NCBI GenBank assembly: GCA_051294375.1
Contig: CM119268.1
Location: forward strand, 13,961,037 to 14,025,036
Direction of reading: 5' to 3'
DNA from: Paraspadella gotoi
Taxonomy: Eukaryota > Animalia > Chaetognatha
DNA: 64,000 nt
The position numbers and the translations under genes were made by a program. The first letter of the stretch is position 1. The number at the start of each line of letters is the position of its first letter. Shown piece after piece: positions 27,355-41,537 of this stretch. The notes under the pieces are model-generated. The model was given only the letters and a program-made list of their open reading frames with translations, searched no databases and was not told the origin of the DNA.

Positions 27355-30300
27355 GTCTAACCGAGCAGCTCCCGACTTTCTAATTCACTCACCTTCCTAT
27401 TTTTTTCCCCTCACCTCCCTCTCCCTCCCAACTGGTTCCCCCCTCCGTTTCTCTCTTATTTTTTCAGGTCATAACTTACCTTTGAAAGTCTCGCTTCTTG
27501 CCCGAGACCATAATTTATTCCTTTGCCCGCTGGCAATGAATAAGTCCTCGTAATGGCGTCGGTGTTCAGTCGTTCTGCCCTTTTTTTTTCCCTCCGATAT
27601 TCGTTTTCCTTCACAGGCGACGCGGACCGCTTCTCGGCGTATATCATTCATGCTTCATTAGAATTTCGGGAAGATCGTCGTTTCCGGTTGATGTACATTA
27701 ACTTAACCAACTTATTAATCTAGAATTTCTCCAACCCCTCCCCCCGATTCTCAACAACTCTCGAAAACATTACCCGCCCAAACTCGAAATGAAAAGCTCC
27801 GTTTCCAAACCTCTCGAATCTCGAATCTATTCTCGCCAGTTTTTTTTTTTTTTTTTTCTATTCTTTTTTTTTAAGGCCCAAATAAAATTTTCGGGGGAAA
27901 AAAAAACCCTTTGAATTCTCCATTTCAAAGTGAGGATTTTCCTTTGAGAATTTTCGAGGGGGTTTTGATTTGACGAGAATTTGCATAGAGACGATTACGC
28001 AATATGCATATCGGCGGCGGGGGCGTAAAAAAAAAGGTCGATATTTCATTTCGCTCGTCCTTCGCTCGGCGCGCCGACTTTCGAGGGGAAAATAGAGAAC
28101 GGCCGAATCCCGTCGATGGAGGAAAAAGAAAGAAATAGAGCAAAAAAAAGGGGAATGAATTTTCCCCAGAGGAAATTCGTAGGACAATTAAAAAAAAAAG
28201 GAAAAAAAATGAAAGACGGTGAACGATGAAATTTCGAAGAGAGGGCCTAAATGGATGGGATAATTCGGAAAATAAGGGGCAGATTTTGCGAGAGAGGAAA
28301 GAGAAAGAATTCATCATTGGTTAGCTTGCATTGCCTCAAGAGAGGTGCCGCTTGTTTCACTGTTTGTTTCTATGATATTGATACAACCAATATAAAAATT
28401 ATCCTTTCGTTTAATAAATAAGCTATCTTGCCCCTGACTTTGACAGGCTTTGCCTGGTTTAAGGCCGTCCATCACTCCTACAAGATAATGACATAGCAGG
28501 TTACATAGCAAGCTTACAATCAAATTCGTTTATTCACTCCCAGAGTACCTGGTTTTCCTATCAATGAAGTGGTATAATATTTCAAAGAATGATTTAATTG
28601 TATGAAAAGACGATGTTAAGCCTTAAATTCAATAAAAATACAGCAATGAAAAGTCCATGCCGGTTACAATGACTTATTATTAAAACTTTAAAACGTAATT
28701 ATAAACGCAACATTCTCACGGCTCCTACTCGTAAGATCTGCTAAAGCTTGGACATCTCAGAGAGAGACTCTCGTAGAGTCTCCTTCCCCGATATTGAGTA
28801 ATCGCGCCGGTGTCACGTAGATTATAGGGTCGCGCGCGTTTCTCGAGCGATAAGGCAGCGGCTCCGCGGCCGCACACGACCTCCGCTCTTAATTCGCCTT
28901 TGGCCCGAACCCTACGAGCTTGACCCTTGACCCCTAAATCTTCTTTTGCTTCAGCCGCTGCGCTATTTTTTTTTCCCCCGCTCTTGTGGAATCTAAAGGC
29001 GAAGATATATAATCGGACATCAAAGGAAGTGGAACGATGATTATGGACTTGGTGGTAATTTATTACCAATCTGGATAATCTGGGTAATGAAATCGAAAAT
29101 TGTTTTAAATCTTAAATGCCTCGTTCGTGTACACAGGTAAAGGGCGGACGGGCCGAAGTGATGTACATATTCGGAAAAGGCGAATGTACCAGGAAAAGAA
29201 AGTTCAAAGTTCGAAGAAAATAAAAAAATAATCATACGTATTACGTACAGTAATTGTAATAGTACAGTAATACTTTGAAAAAGGTCAAGATCCGTACGCA
29301 GTATATTTAGAATCATAGATTAATAAATTTTCTACTTACGAACGACGACTACGTAGATTTAAGTCGGGAAAAGACTTAAAGTCGCCTGTGAAAGTTAAAT
29401 CGTGAATGAAGCCAGCGTAATCATAATTCTTTGCCGAAAGAATTCTGAATTTCGACATTGCCCTCAGTAATCTTGTCAACGTCATCGGAACTTGTGCGAG
29501 AGGATTAAAGGTTAAGCATGACCTCTAAACCCCAGTGAGGAAAAAAAAAATCTCTCTCTTCCCTTTCGCTCGGATCTCGCGTCTCCATGAGATTCGATGA
29601 GCGGTCTTTTTTTAATGGCTCCGTTGTTTTTTAGTGTGTGGGAGTTTATATGAAAAAAAAAAAGAGGTGTGGGCCGAGAACTCTTTTTTTTGCCGTCCTC
29701 AGCTGGGGCCGTGTTCTCTGTGACGAGCGGTTTCATGACTTTGAACCATTTTATTGATCCTCTGCGACCAACACCCAGACGTTTTGCCTTGCTTTTGAGA
29801 TGACCTTCGGCTGTGACGACGGGGCTAATGGAGGGAGCTTACTGGATTCCGTTCGCCGTCGGACGGCAATGTCGAGATCAAGTATTCAGAAATATGTCTT
29901 TCGGGTCCCAAATTCCACTCGCATTATCGAGCGCTCAAGATGAGTTGGTGGTATTCTGTCGCGGCCGGGGAGGTGGTGACGAGCTTGGCTTCATTCATAC
30001 TAGATTATTTAACTTTGTCAACAGGCGGACTTTGAAGTCTTTTCCGCGACCGGTCTCTCTTTAAAATCTACGTCAGTCGTCGTTCGTAAGTAGAATAGAA
30101 ATTTCGGACGGTCGTGTGCGGCCGCAGAGGGGTAGGCCGCTGCCTTATCGCTCGCAGAAACGCGCGCGACCTATAATCTACCCGTGACACCGGCGCGATA
30201 CATGGCAAATATCCGTTGGGGGAAAGTAGACTCTACGAGAAAGGTGGGCATCTCTCCATAGAGGAAATGTTCCAAAGAGCTGGAGTTGTAGGCAGATCTT

Positions 30301-32850
30301 ACGGAGTTAGGAGCCAGCTGAAGAGAGGGTAATGTGTGGTGCGTGTTATACTTACGTTTTAAAGTTTAAATACAACATAAATCGTCATACAATTTGTTCA
30401 GAACCAAGGCAAATTAATGACTTTTCATTTATGGACTGTATATGATTTTTTAATGGCATTATTGCGAACATTTAAAGGGTTGAAAGTTTAAGGGGCGGAG
30501 TGGAGAGGAAATGAGAAAAAAAAATAGACTTTAACATCCGTCTCTTTTCATACAAATTAATCATTAGGATTATTCAATATATAACTTATATAACAACCTC
30601 TCACATATGATAAGAGAAAACCATAAGCTGGGTAACTTCTAGGTGGAGTGAATAAACAAGGAACGAATTTAGATTGTGTTGGAAGCTTGCCTAGGATGTA
30701 AAAAACCGCCTGCTTATGTCAATAATATAGCTATTAGTGAGGATAATACTGATAGTAAGCATGCAGAAAGGCGCATTATAATATCGTGAGCCACAAGATG
30801 TACCTGAGGGTTTCCACTAAAAAGCTCACGTGAGCCCGATAGGCTTATTTAGGTTCATTAAACGTTATTTGGACCCTCCGGGAATGGATATAATTTTTTT
30901 AATTGGTTGTATCAATATCATAGAAACAAACAGTTTTGAAAAAAAAAAAAAAAATTAGCAAAAAAAAACAAGAAGCGAACACCATCGTCGATACCTCTTC
31001 GTGGTCTGTAATCTTGTGAGCAAACACAATGAAGGGCATAGAAGGCTCTATATTGATCTGGTTCTTTCGTCTCGCAACTTCCGGTGCAATATTCTCGAAT
31101 GTCCCTGATATTTATGCGCCGGCTACTTTTTCAGGAATTTTCATCATGTCCCGTCTGTTCCAGGATCTCTTCTTTTACTTATCCTTCTTTTAGGAATAAT
31201 AAAGTAATCGACTCTTTACTGCAATGATTTCGGAACATTCAAAGGATATTAAATAAATTATTTAGCGGTTCCACTTTTATTATAACTTATTTATACTATA
31301 ATAATGTTTCTATATGACTTTTTCTCTTAAAAAATACAGTACACTTTCGTGTAACTTGTTAGAAGACTTGTATCTCTGACCTCTTGTTCCTCTATTTGCC
31401 CCTCGAAAGTTCGGCGCGCACTTGACGTCTATCGGGAGGTTACTTACGCTTCGAACTGATAGAAATAGGAAGATAGGCTCGAACTTCTTTTTTTTTACGC
31501 CCCCCGCCGCCCGCATATGCATATTGTCGCGTAATCGTACATACTTATCTGCGCAAATTCTCGTCAAATCACAAGAATTACAAAACCCTTTTCGCGGCCT
31601 TCGAAAATCACAAAAATGCAACCATACCCAGCGTACCCTTGAAATATGTAGAATAATCTCAATTAGGTTTTTTTTTCCCCGAAAAATTTTAATATTAATA
31701 TGGGCACTTTAAAAAAAAAAAGAGATATAGTAAAACCCAAAAAAAAAAATTTACTGGGTTCTATCATGGAGAATAGATTCGATGGAGGTTTGGAATAACG
31801 GTGATAGATCTTTTCATTATCCTGAGTTTTGATGTCTGGGGTATAATAGTGTTTTTTCTGAGAGTTGATTTGAGAATGGATGGGGGGGTTGAGAAATTTC
31901 TAAGCTTTAATAAGTTGAGGTTTAAGGTTAATGCTTTACAATCATATCCGGAAACGATATTACGATCCTTCCCGAAATTCTATTATATTGAAGCTATGAA
32001 TATGAAATAATATATCGCCATTGAATAAGTCATTAGTGTTATCACTTAACCCAATCATCCCCATTTTCCACTCTCGCCTGCCTTGCTGCGGGCCGGACTT
32101 GCACGTGTGAAGTTGGGAGAACAGTACTTATCTATCCCGGAGCGCGAGGAGTGCCCCGGAATCGTGTGAAACTTTCCGATCCCTGCTGATCGAACACGAC
32201 GCACCAGAAATTTTGTATACGGCAGCCGGCACTTCCGTGGCACTGCACTTCGACGAAGGACCCGTCGGCCTTGCAGGTGGGACGATGACCCCCGACGCTG
32301 CGGTCCCGCCGCTGCTGCAGTTGTGCGTTCTCTTGCTGGTGTTACGAGACGAACCGACGGCATGCCGGATGATACTTTGCTGAAAGTAGAATTCGGTGTC
32401 GGTGGATCATTGCCAGGCGGTGGCAAAGTCTGGCAAGAGAATTATATCAGAAACCATAGCTAGATGTGAGTCTCATTGAGGATAGTCTATATAGATTTTG
32501 ATTGAAGCATGGAACGCAAAGTAGGAGCTTTCAAATATGGGAAGTGGGGGGTATTGAGATCATTGACAGAGAGGATTAAGGGTGATGGATCGAAACGTGT
32601 GAGGAAAAAAATGGCGAGTGACGAAAGATGAGGACATTTAGCGATGGACAACAGAATGGGTAAGATGGGCGATGGGATGGAGAGAACATCCGGAAGATAT
32701 ATGCGAGTCGGATGAAAGTGCGAGTTAAAAAGGGGAGGGGAGGTGAGGAGGAAAAAAAAATAGGAAGTAGTTGAGATAAGAGAGATGTATTGAGAATTTG
32801 TTAATCGCTAAGAAGAAGTGGAGAGCGTCTAGATTGATTAGGGGATGGAA
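27355..32850. other. Large imperfect inverted duplication (fold-back), probable long-read assembly artefact
   Basis: Mirror anchors: 28801-28881/30110-30199; 29330-29361/30062-30096; about 28360-28400/30900-30935; about 27965-28035/31490-31570; about 27630-27745/31880-32020; about 27390-27430/32730-32770. The right arm is insertion-rich. Confidence 0.88.
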
Positions 32851-34809
32851 TATGGTAGCTGACCAGGATATAAAATAGAATTAGAATGTTCGAAAGTTTT
32901 GTCGCGTTAGACATTGACTCTCCATTGTTGATTCCAGCTTACCCTTGCAGGTTCCCTCGTTGGCCATTTTGCGGACGTTGGCTCCCAAGCATTTGAGCGC
33001 GTCGAAGGTCGCACTCGCTCTGTCGTACGTCCTTCCGTCTGTCCCGCACAACTTTGACTGTTGCGTTTGGAAAGATCGCAGAGGTCGTGGTTGCAACGAC
33101 GCACCTCGAAACTGCTCTTTAGGGGCAACTGAACGGGACATTAGGGGAAAAGGCCTAACACTTTCAAAAACTTTCTCCATCTAAGAATGTCACTTTTTTT
33201 TTTATATTGTATGTAATAGACATTAAAATGTTATTGTTCTCCAAAAAAAAAAATCTTCCATCCTTTAATTATTAATCACAAACAGAATTCCCAAAACATT
33301 TCGAGTGAAAGGAAAGGAGCTTAAAGCTGTCCCAAGTCCACAGCTGCGCTGGCAATTCAGTAATTCCCCTAACTTTTTCTTGATTTATGCTTTTTTTTTC
33401 TTTTCTTCTTTTTTTTTGGACGGGGGCCCGAGGGGGTTGATATTTTTGTAACTTTACACGATAAATTTTCCACCGTTTTTCAAAGGTTAAACGGTAACCA
33501 ACATTTATTTCTTTCAACTCACCAACTTCGCGAAGGGTGGGAAGGGCCCGACACTCNNNNNNNNNNNNNNNNNNNNNNNNNGAGAAAAAAAAAACCGGGA
33601 GAGGGCGAAGGCCGAGTAAATATGAAGGGGTGGGTTTGAGTCTGCCCGTCGCCGACGCTTTATTCGCTCCCTTCAAACTGACCCCTTTTTTTTTTGTTGG
33701 CCAGGATTTTATATTGGTCGCTTTTCTCCCCCAAATTCGCTTCATGCCAAAATTTTCTCTCGTACAACAAACCGGCTTTTCAATAGAAATTGATACAGTG
33801 ATACTTAACTTCTTCAAAGATCAAGCATTCAAACCTACGCTGAGCTCAATTTTAAGGATCTTCTTCCGAATATTCCATTTATTTCCATTTGGTCTACACT
33901 CCTTTTACCTTAAGATTTCCGCAATGATCCGTGTTTACTTTTGCACCACCCAACCCACTCTACTTATCATCTTCCTTCTTCTCACGCCCGCCATTTCCGA
34001 CGGACGTTTGACCAGCGCCCTCAAGCGACCAAATGAAAAAAGTGATTGAAATCTTTATTCTCGTCATGCGCGACAAGGAGAGACGACGCCGGGAAACGAC
34101 GCCGAGTAGACGTCGGTCAATGACCAGTGACCACGAGAGATAAATTTAAAAGGAAAAAAAAATATTTAAAACATATTTTAAATTACTCAAACTAGTTTTA
34201 AAATATGGACGCGATTTCGATGGTTTTTTGATTTGTCTTTTTTTTTTAGTGTATGTCAATGAGACCTGCATGTATTTAAAATCCATTAGGTTAAATTTCG
34301 TTAAATTATTACTGAATTTTTTTTTAAAAATGAATTCCATCTTCGAAAGAGAAAACAAGATTCAACCAGCGAAAAGTTTGACGAGGAGAGAAAAATTGGA
34401 ATTTTGAACGAGAGACAAGAAGAATCCTCAGGACAAAAGGTCAACTCAGGAAAGGGACGACATTAAAATTTGATATGTTTATGTTTATGTTTATGTTTAT
34501 GTTTATGCTCTTCTAAGTGAAGATCTGACCACGAACAGTGTAAAGAATTTTCAGCGATAGGCGTTTTTTTTTGTTTATGAATCATTTAATTGACTACATT
34601 TTCCAAAATGAACTCAAATTTACTTAACTTATAGACACGTTGGCCAACGCAGAAAAAAAATCTGAGAAAAAAAATCTGTTAAAAAGAAATAGAATATAAA
34701 AGGTTGGAAAAAGTAGAGGAAAAATTTTAAAAGAGAAAGTTGAGTGAAAATGGTGAAGGTTTCAACGGTTGAAGGGAACAATCATGACTCAGAGAAAACN
34801 NNNNNNNNN

Positions 34810-36043
34810 GGCGATAAAAGATAAGGAGGATCTTTCGTCCCTCGGTTTTCGCGCTTCTGACCTTCAACCCTTTTTTCTCTCCGCCANNNNNNNNNNNNNN
34901 NNNNNNNNNNNNNNNNNNNNNNNNNNNNNNNNNNNNNNNNNNNNNNNNNNNNNNNNNNNNNNNNNNNNNNNNNNNNNNNNNNNNNNNNNNNNNNNNNNNN
35001 NNNNNNNNNNNNNNNNNNNNNNNNNNNNNNNNNNNNNNNNNNNNNNNNNNNNNCTCGACGCCGTTGAACGTTCATTCCTCGAGACCGACGCTTTCTCGAC
35101 ATCGTAACGAGCTGACCTACGAAGAGAGAGGAAGCCTCGTTACATAAGTAGGGCTCTTCGAGCGAAAAAAAATGTGAGAAATCGCACGTGANNNNNNNNN
35201 NNNNNNNNNNNNNNNNNNNNNNNNNNNNNNNNNNNNNNNNNNNNNNNNNNNNNNNNNNNNNNNNNNNNNNNNNNNNNNNNNNNNNNNNNNNNNNNNNNNN
35301 NNNNNNNNNNNNNNNNNNNNNNNNNNNNNNNNNNNNNNNNNNNNNNNNNNNNNNNNNNNNNNNNNNNNNNNNNNNNNNNNNNNNNNNNNNNNNNNNNNNN
35401 NNNNNNNNNNNNNNNNNNNNNNNNNNNNNNNNNNNNNNNNNNNNNNNNNNNNNNNNNNNNNNNNNNNNNNNNNNNNNNNNNGTTTTTGATACCTTTTGTA
35501 AAAGTTAAAGGATTAGTACGGTTTTTAACAGCAACTGTTTATAATTAACGATTGCCCCGCTGCCGTTGCTCTCAGAAACATTAGGCCTTATTTTACAAGA
35601 ACGCCCCATTTTATCTTAAATTAAAAATCAAATTAATTATTCGGATTAGTTGGAGATTAAATAAAATATTAAGGTTAGAGATTAGGGTTAGAAATTAAGG
35701 TTTGGTTTTGAATAATGAACTTGGAATCAGATTGGGGTTAAATATAAAAATTAAAATCGAATTTAGGTATTACTTAATAGAAATGGGCCACTAATGTAAA
35801 ACATTTTATGATGTGAAAAACCTTTTTCAATTTTTTCAAGCCAACGGATTTTTCGAACGTCGCTCCCAGAATTTCCGTTTAATTTTTGCCAGAGTTCAAA
35901 AACACATTTCTCATTCTTTTCGCTGGAAAAACATTAAGTCTCCCAACGAAAAAAATTTAAACTGAAACCAACGCCGAGTTTGCGGAACCCTTCAAAGAAG
36001 CCGCACCTCTTCAAAAGGTCTGCGGCGAACATGAAAGGGGGAA

Positions 36044-36082
<39 letters not shown>

Positions 36083-37385
36083 AATGGAACCGACGGCATC
36101 TGGTGCAAACGGGAAAGACCCGTGGATTCCATTTAAATTCCGCGCATCATCCAAGACAAAACCATTTCCGAAGATTAACNNNNNNNNNNNNNNNNNNNNN
36201 NNNNNNNNNNNNNNNNNNNNNNNNNNNNNNNNNNNNNNNNNNNNNNNNNNNNNNNNNNNNNNNNNNNNNNNNNNNNNNNNNNNNNNNNNNNNNNNNNNNN
36301 NNNNNNNNNNNNNNNNNNNNNNNNNNNNNNNNNNNNNNNNNNNNNNNNNNNNNNNNNNNNNNNNNNNNNNNNNNNNNNNNNNNNNNNNNNNNNNNNNNNN
36401 NNNNNNNNNNNNNNNNNNNNNNNNNNNNNNNNNNNNNNNNNNNNNNNNNNNNNNNNNNNNNNNNNNNNNNNNNNNNNNNNNNNNNNNNNNNNNNNNNNGA
36501 GAGTCATAGGCGTTAAAGTAAATTTTTATAACCAGAGTTAAAAACGGAAGGAGAAAGGCAAGAAATATCGCTTTTAGTCGGCGCTGGTTTTAAATCGAAT
36601 AGCCGCGCCCCCCAGCCGCCCCCCTTCTCTTCCGCCTTTTAGGCTTTTGGCTTTCAGCTTAAGATCCGGAATAAAAACGCAAACGGTTGGAGTTTATCGA
36701 AAATCCGGTTTTTTCCGCGACACAATGGATCGTTTGGGGATCGCGGGGACCTTTTTCACGCATTGTTTTTTGTTTGTTTTTTTGTTTGTTTGTTTTTTTT
36801 ATAAAAATCTGAAGTTTGAAACGGAAAAAAAACGGTGGCGAACATAAAAACGGTTTTTTGTCCAGGTTTTCGTCTTTGTTTCGTTTTTAGTAAAATTTTA
36901 AATCATAAACTAGAACACGCACGACAATCATGATGACGCTAATAGTCATGATTCTCATTTCACCAAAAGCGCATTCCGAGTTCCATTCTCAACTTTCTTA
37001 GCTTCTTTGTTTCTTTAATGGCCGACACCCACCTATCGTCTCAAACCGCCCCATNNNNNNNNNNNNNNNNNNNNNNNNNNNNNNNNNNNNNNNNNNNNNN
37101 NNNNNNNNNNNNNNNNNNNNNNNNNNNNNNNNNNNNNNNNNNNNNNNNNNNNNNNNNNNNNNNNNNNNNNNNNNNNNNNNNNNNNNNNNNNNNNNNNNNN
37201 NNNNNNNNNNNNNNNNNNNNNNNNNNNNNNNNNNNNNNNNNNNNNGCCACCACCCGCCAGCGCCACCCGCCAACGCCACCCGCCGTGAGTCTCGGGACAA
37301 ATAGAGTTTACGAGCGGAATGAGGAATGAAGGGGAAGAACGTTAATTTCCCAGTCGTCTTCATCACGACCGACCGACGCCCGCGA

Positions 37386-37423
<38 letters not shown>

Positions 37424-39802
37424 ATCTGAAGGGAGGTGGTTTGATTCTCTCTCCAGTTGGAATGCTAAGTAGACTAAAGAATTAAGGAATGAAATTTAAA
37501 AAATAGGAAAACTAATTTTTCCTGAGGATAAAAATTTCACATCTTCATGCAACATTTAAAGAGAGATTGTCGAACCGAAAACAAAAAAACAAATCTCTCA
37601 AATGAAACATAATTTATGGTCAGGCAACAACAACAACTACGACGACGACCACCGTCCTAAAAGGCAAATCAGAAAGAAGATAAGAACGTGTCCGAGAAGA
37701 CGGAAGATGGGGGCGANNNNNNNNNNNNNNNNNNNNNNNNNNNNNNNNNNNNNNNNNNNNNNNNNNNNNNNNNNNNNNNNNNNNNNNNNNNNNNNNNNNN
37801 NNNNNNNNNNNNNNNNNNNNNNNNNNNNNNNNNNNNNNNNNNNNNNNNNNNNNNNNNNNNNNNNNNNNNNNNNNNNNNNNNNNNNNNNNNNNNNNNNNNN
37901 NNNNNNNNNNNAATGTGTTGCGCCGCAGTGACTGCCTAATCACGTGTATTTTTCGTGACATGATATGACATGACGTGATATGACGTGACTACAATAACTT
38001 AGCCCGTCTATTTCTGACACGCACTGCATTGGATTTTTATTTTTTTATTCTTTATAATTTTAGGATTTCTTAAAGGCGACGCTAGCAGTTCCTTGGATTT
38101 GATGTTTTTCNNNNNNNNNNNNNNNNNNNNNNNNNGAGAGAGAGGAGAGAGAGAGAGGAGAGAGAGAGAGGAGAGACAGAGAGAGAGACGCGAAACGATA
38201 GTGGTCATAGCCTGAATCCACTAGTAAGGAAGATAAGTGGAGAAGATATAGAAAGAAAGAAAAACACGACTCAAGAAAAAGAAAGAAAGTAAGTTCTAAA
38301 AAGGAAAGAAAGAAAGAAAGAAGAAAGAAAGAAAGAAAGAAAAGAAGAAAGAAAAAAGATAGAAAGGAATGAAGGAAAGAAAGAAAGAAAGAAAAAGAGA
38401 GGGAAAGAAAGAAAGAATAGAAAGAAAAATAGAAAGGAAAGAAATATGCAAGTTCTACGTAAAAACATCTCGGGATAAAAGCATAAGGAGGATCTTCGTC
38501 CCTCGTTTTCGGCTTCTGACTTGCACCCTTTTTTCTCTCTCGCCCATTCACCCCTCAGCCCTCCCCCCCTCCTCCCCCACATCCCCTCCGTCATTTCCCT
38601 CGCATCAGCATATCGCCCTCTTGTTTTTGCGCGTCGTTTCTTCTCGGAAAAATGGAAATGATGGAATCCTCGACTGCCGTTGTAACGTTCATTCCTAAGT
38701 CGAGACCGGACGCTTTTTCGACATCGGTAACGAGCTGACCTACGAAGAGAGGGAAGCCTTCGTTACATAAGTAGGGCTTCTCTCCGAGCGAAAAAAATGT
38801 GATGAATCGCCACGTGAAATGTTTTTTTCTTTTCCAGTTTTTTTTTTCTTCTCTCCTTTCGTTTATGAGATGAAGGGAAATGATTGAAAAGGGAAAAGGA
38901 ATCTTGTAATGCCTGAAAACTCCGGCGGGTGAGTCGAGATAACCTGCGGGTGGGTTGAGCCTGGAAACTCAGCGGGTAAGCTCGGTACGACAAAGAAAAG
39001 AGGCATGGCGAATGGAAAAAATAATCGGGTGAAGTGACCTGAGCGAAAGTATATTTTTCGCTCGCGGTTTTGTGATATCTTTTGTAATAAGTTATAGGAT
39101 TAGTACGGATTTTTTTAACAGCACGTGTGTTATGAATTATACGATGCCCGTGTGGGTCCGTTGCTTTCTCATGATAACATGGCTCTTATTTTACAATGAA
39201 CGCCTCATTTTATCTTAAGATTTAATAAATCAAGATTAATTATTCAATTTAAGGTTGAGATTAGGTGTTGAATAAGTTTGAGATTGTATAATGATACTGG
39301 AATCTATAGATTGGGGTTATAATATTAAAATAAAATTCGAATTTAGGTATTACTTATTATATTACAGGCATCTAATGTAAAACATTTTATGTGAACAACC
39401 TTTTTGCAATTTTTCAAGCCAAACGGATTTTTTCCGATACGTCGCTCCCCATGATTTTCCGTTTAATTTTTGCCAAGAGTTCAAAAACAGCATTTCTCAT
39501 TCTTTTCGCTGGAAACTTAAGTCCTCCAACGAAAAAATTTAAACTGAAACCAGCGCGAGTTTTTGGGAAACCTGTCAAAGAAGCGGCACCTTTTCAAAAG
39601 GTCTGGCGGCGAATGAAAGGGGGAAGGCGGCGCGGGGCGGCGGTCGGCGGGCAATGGAACCGACGGCATCTGGTGCAGAACGCGGAAGACCCGTGATTTC
39701 CAGTTTAAATTCCGCGCTGCATCATTCCAAGACCAAACCATATTCCGCGAGATTACACGCCGCGATTGCCGCAGTGCGGAGAAGAGAGAGAGAGAGAGAG
39801 AG

Positions 39803-39840
<38 letters not shown>

Positions 39841-41091
39841 TAAGGCGTTAAAGTAAATTTTATAACCCAGAGTTAAAAACGAAGGAGCAGAAGGGCAAGA
39901 AATATCGCTTTAGTCGGCGGCTGGTTTTAAAATCGTAATAGCCTGCGCCCCCCAGCCGCCCCCTTCTCTTCCGCCTTTTTTAGGTCTATTGAACAGCTTA
40001 AAAGATCCGGGAATAAAAACGCAAACGGTTGGAGTTTATCGAAAATCGGTTTTTTCCACAGCGACACAATTGGATCGTTGGCGGATCGCGGGGACCTTTT
40101 CACGCTCTTGTTTTTGTTTTTTTTTGTTTGTTTGTATTTTTTATAAAAATCAGAAAGTTTGAAACGGAAACAAAACGGTGGCGACATAAAAAGGCGGCTT
40201 TTGGCCCCGTTTCGTCTAAGGTAAAATTTAAAATATAAACTAGAACACGCATCGACAATCATGATGACGTATAGTCATGATTCTCATTTCACCAACAAGC
40301 GCATTCCGATTCATGTCTCAACTTTCTTGCTTCTTTGTTTCTTTAATTGGCCCGACACCCACCTATCGTCTAAACCGCTCCCATTCCCGATATCCCCCCC
40401 CCCGCATCCTGGGCACCCACTATTCATATTGGCGTCCTCATGCCCCGTATACGGGGCTCGATAATTGGGAAATCGTTTCGCTCGACCTTCGCGGGAGAAA
40501 TTTGGTTCTCACTCTTGGAAGGGAAGCGTGACTCCGAAACACATTTGCCACCATAAGCCATCCACAACCCCGCCAGCGCACCTCGCCAACGCCACCGCCG
40601 TGATGTCTGCGGGGACCAATAGAGTTTACGAGCGGAATGAGGAATAAAAGGCAAGAAGCGTTAATGCTTCCCGTCCGTCTTCAATCACGACCAGATCGAC
40701 GCCCGCGAGTCGGCGACGACGACGATGCGACGACGAGACGACGATCTGAAGAGAGGTGGTTTTGATTCTCTACTCTCAGTGGATATGCTAAGTAGAACTA
40801 AAGAATTAAGGAACTGAATTTAAAAAATAGGAAAACTAATTTTTCCTGAGGATAAAATTTCACATCTTCATGCAAACATTTAAAGAGAGATTCGAGACCG
40901 AAAAACAAAAAACAAATCTTCTCAAATAACTAATTTATGGTCAGCGAAACAACACTACGACGACGACACCGCCTTAAAAGGGCAAATCAGAAAGGAGATA
41001 AGAACGTGGTCGAGAAGACGGAAGATGGGGGCGAGGCTGGGGAAGAGTGAACGTGAGAGAGAGTAGAGATGAGAGATGAGAAAGAGAGAGC

Positions 41092-41139
<48 letters not shown>

Positions 41140-41362
41140 GCAAAAGTTTTTTTGCCAAAAGAAAAAAAAACAACCGGGTAAGTCAAATGTGTTGCGCCGC
41201 AGTGACTGGCCTAATCACAAACTTTTTCGTGACTGCATATGACATGACGCTGATATGAGTGATCTTTCTGACTCGCACTGCATTTGGAGTTTTATTTTTT
41301 TATTCTTTATAGTTTTAGGATTTCCTAAAGGCGCGCTAGCAGTTCTTGGATTTGATGTTTTT
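34810..41362 (+). other. About 3 kb direct duplication (copy A 34810-38110 with N-gaps; copy B 38470-41362), probable assembly redundancy
   Basis: Every sequenced block of copy A has a collinear match in copy B (e.g. 35054-35191 vs about 38668-38817; 36084-36110 vs 39654-39680), differing mostly by single-base indels. Confidence 0.9.
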
Positions 41363-41537
41363 CCTGTCTGACAAATGAGCAACCAACTATATGGCTAGCT
41401 TTATCGAGCACTGTTTTAAGCCGTTAGTGTGACCGACCGATGGACAAACATACCGATACCGACAAGACCTGCCCGAAAAGTGATTATAGAGCTTGCTGGA
41501 GTTGCTCCGCGAGTACTCGCGGCGCAACTAAAAAAAG
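41270..41537 (+). mobile_element. HINE/DINE-1-like element 3' portion
   Basis: GACC/GAC microsatellite at about 41431-41470, gattatagag, then hairpin agttgc-ccgcgag-ta-ctcgcgg-gcaact (41500-41529) directly followed by an A-run. Confidence 0.55.

Noticed and set aside
32055-33184. GC-balanced ORFs (123 aa, 99 aa) that could look like a foreign insert
   Set aside because: No recognisable motifs, and they lie in or next to the noisy arm of the fold-back, so they are probably low-quality read sequence.
34769-38208. ORFs spanning X-runs
   Set aside because: Open only because N-gaps contain no stop codons.
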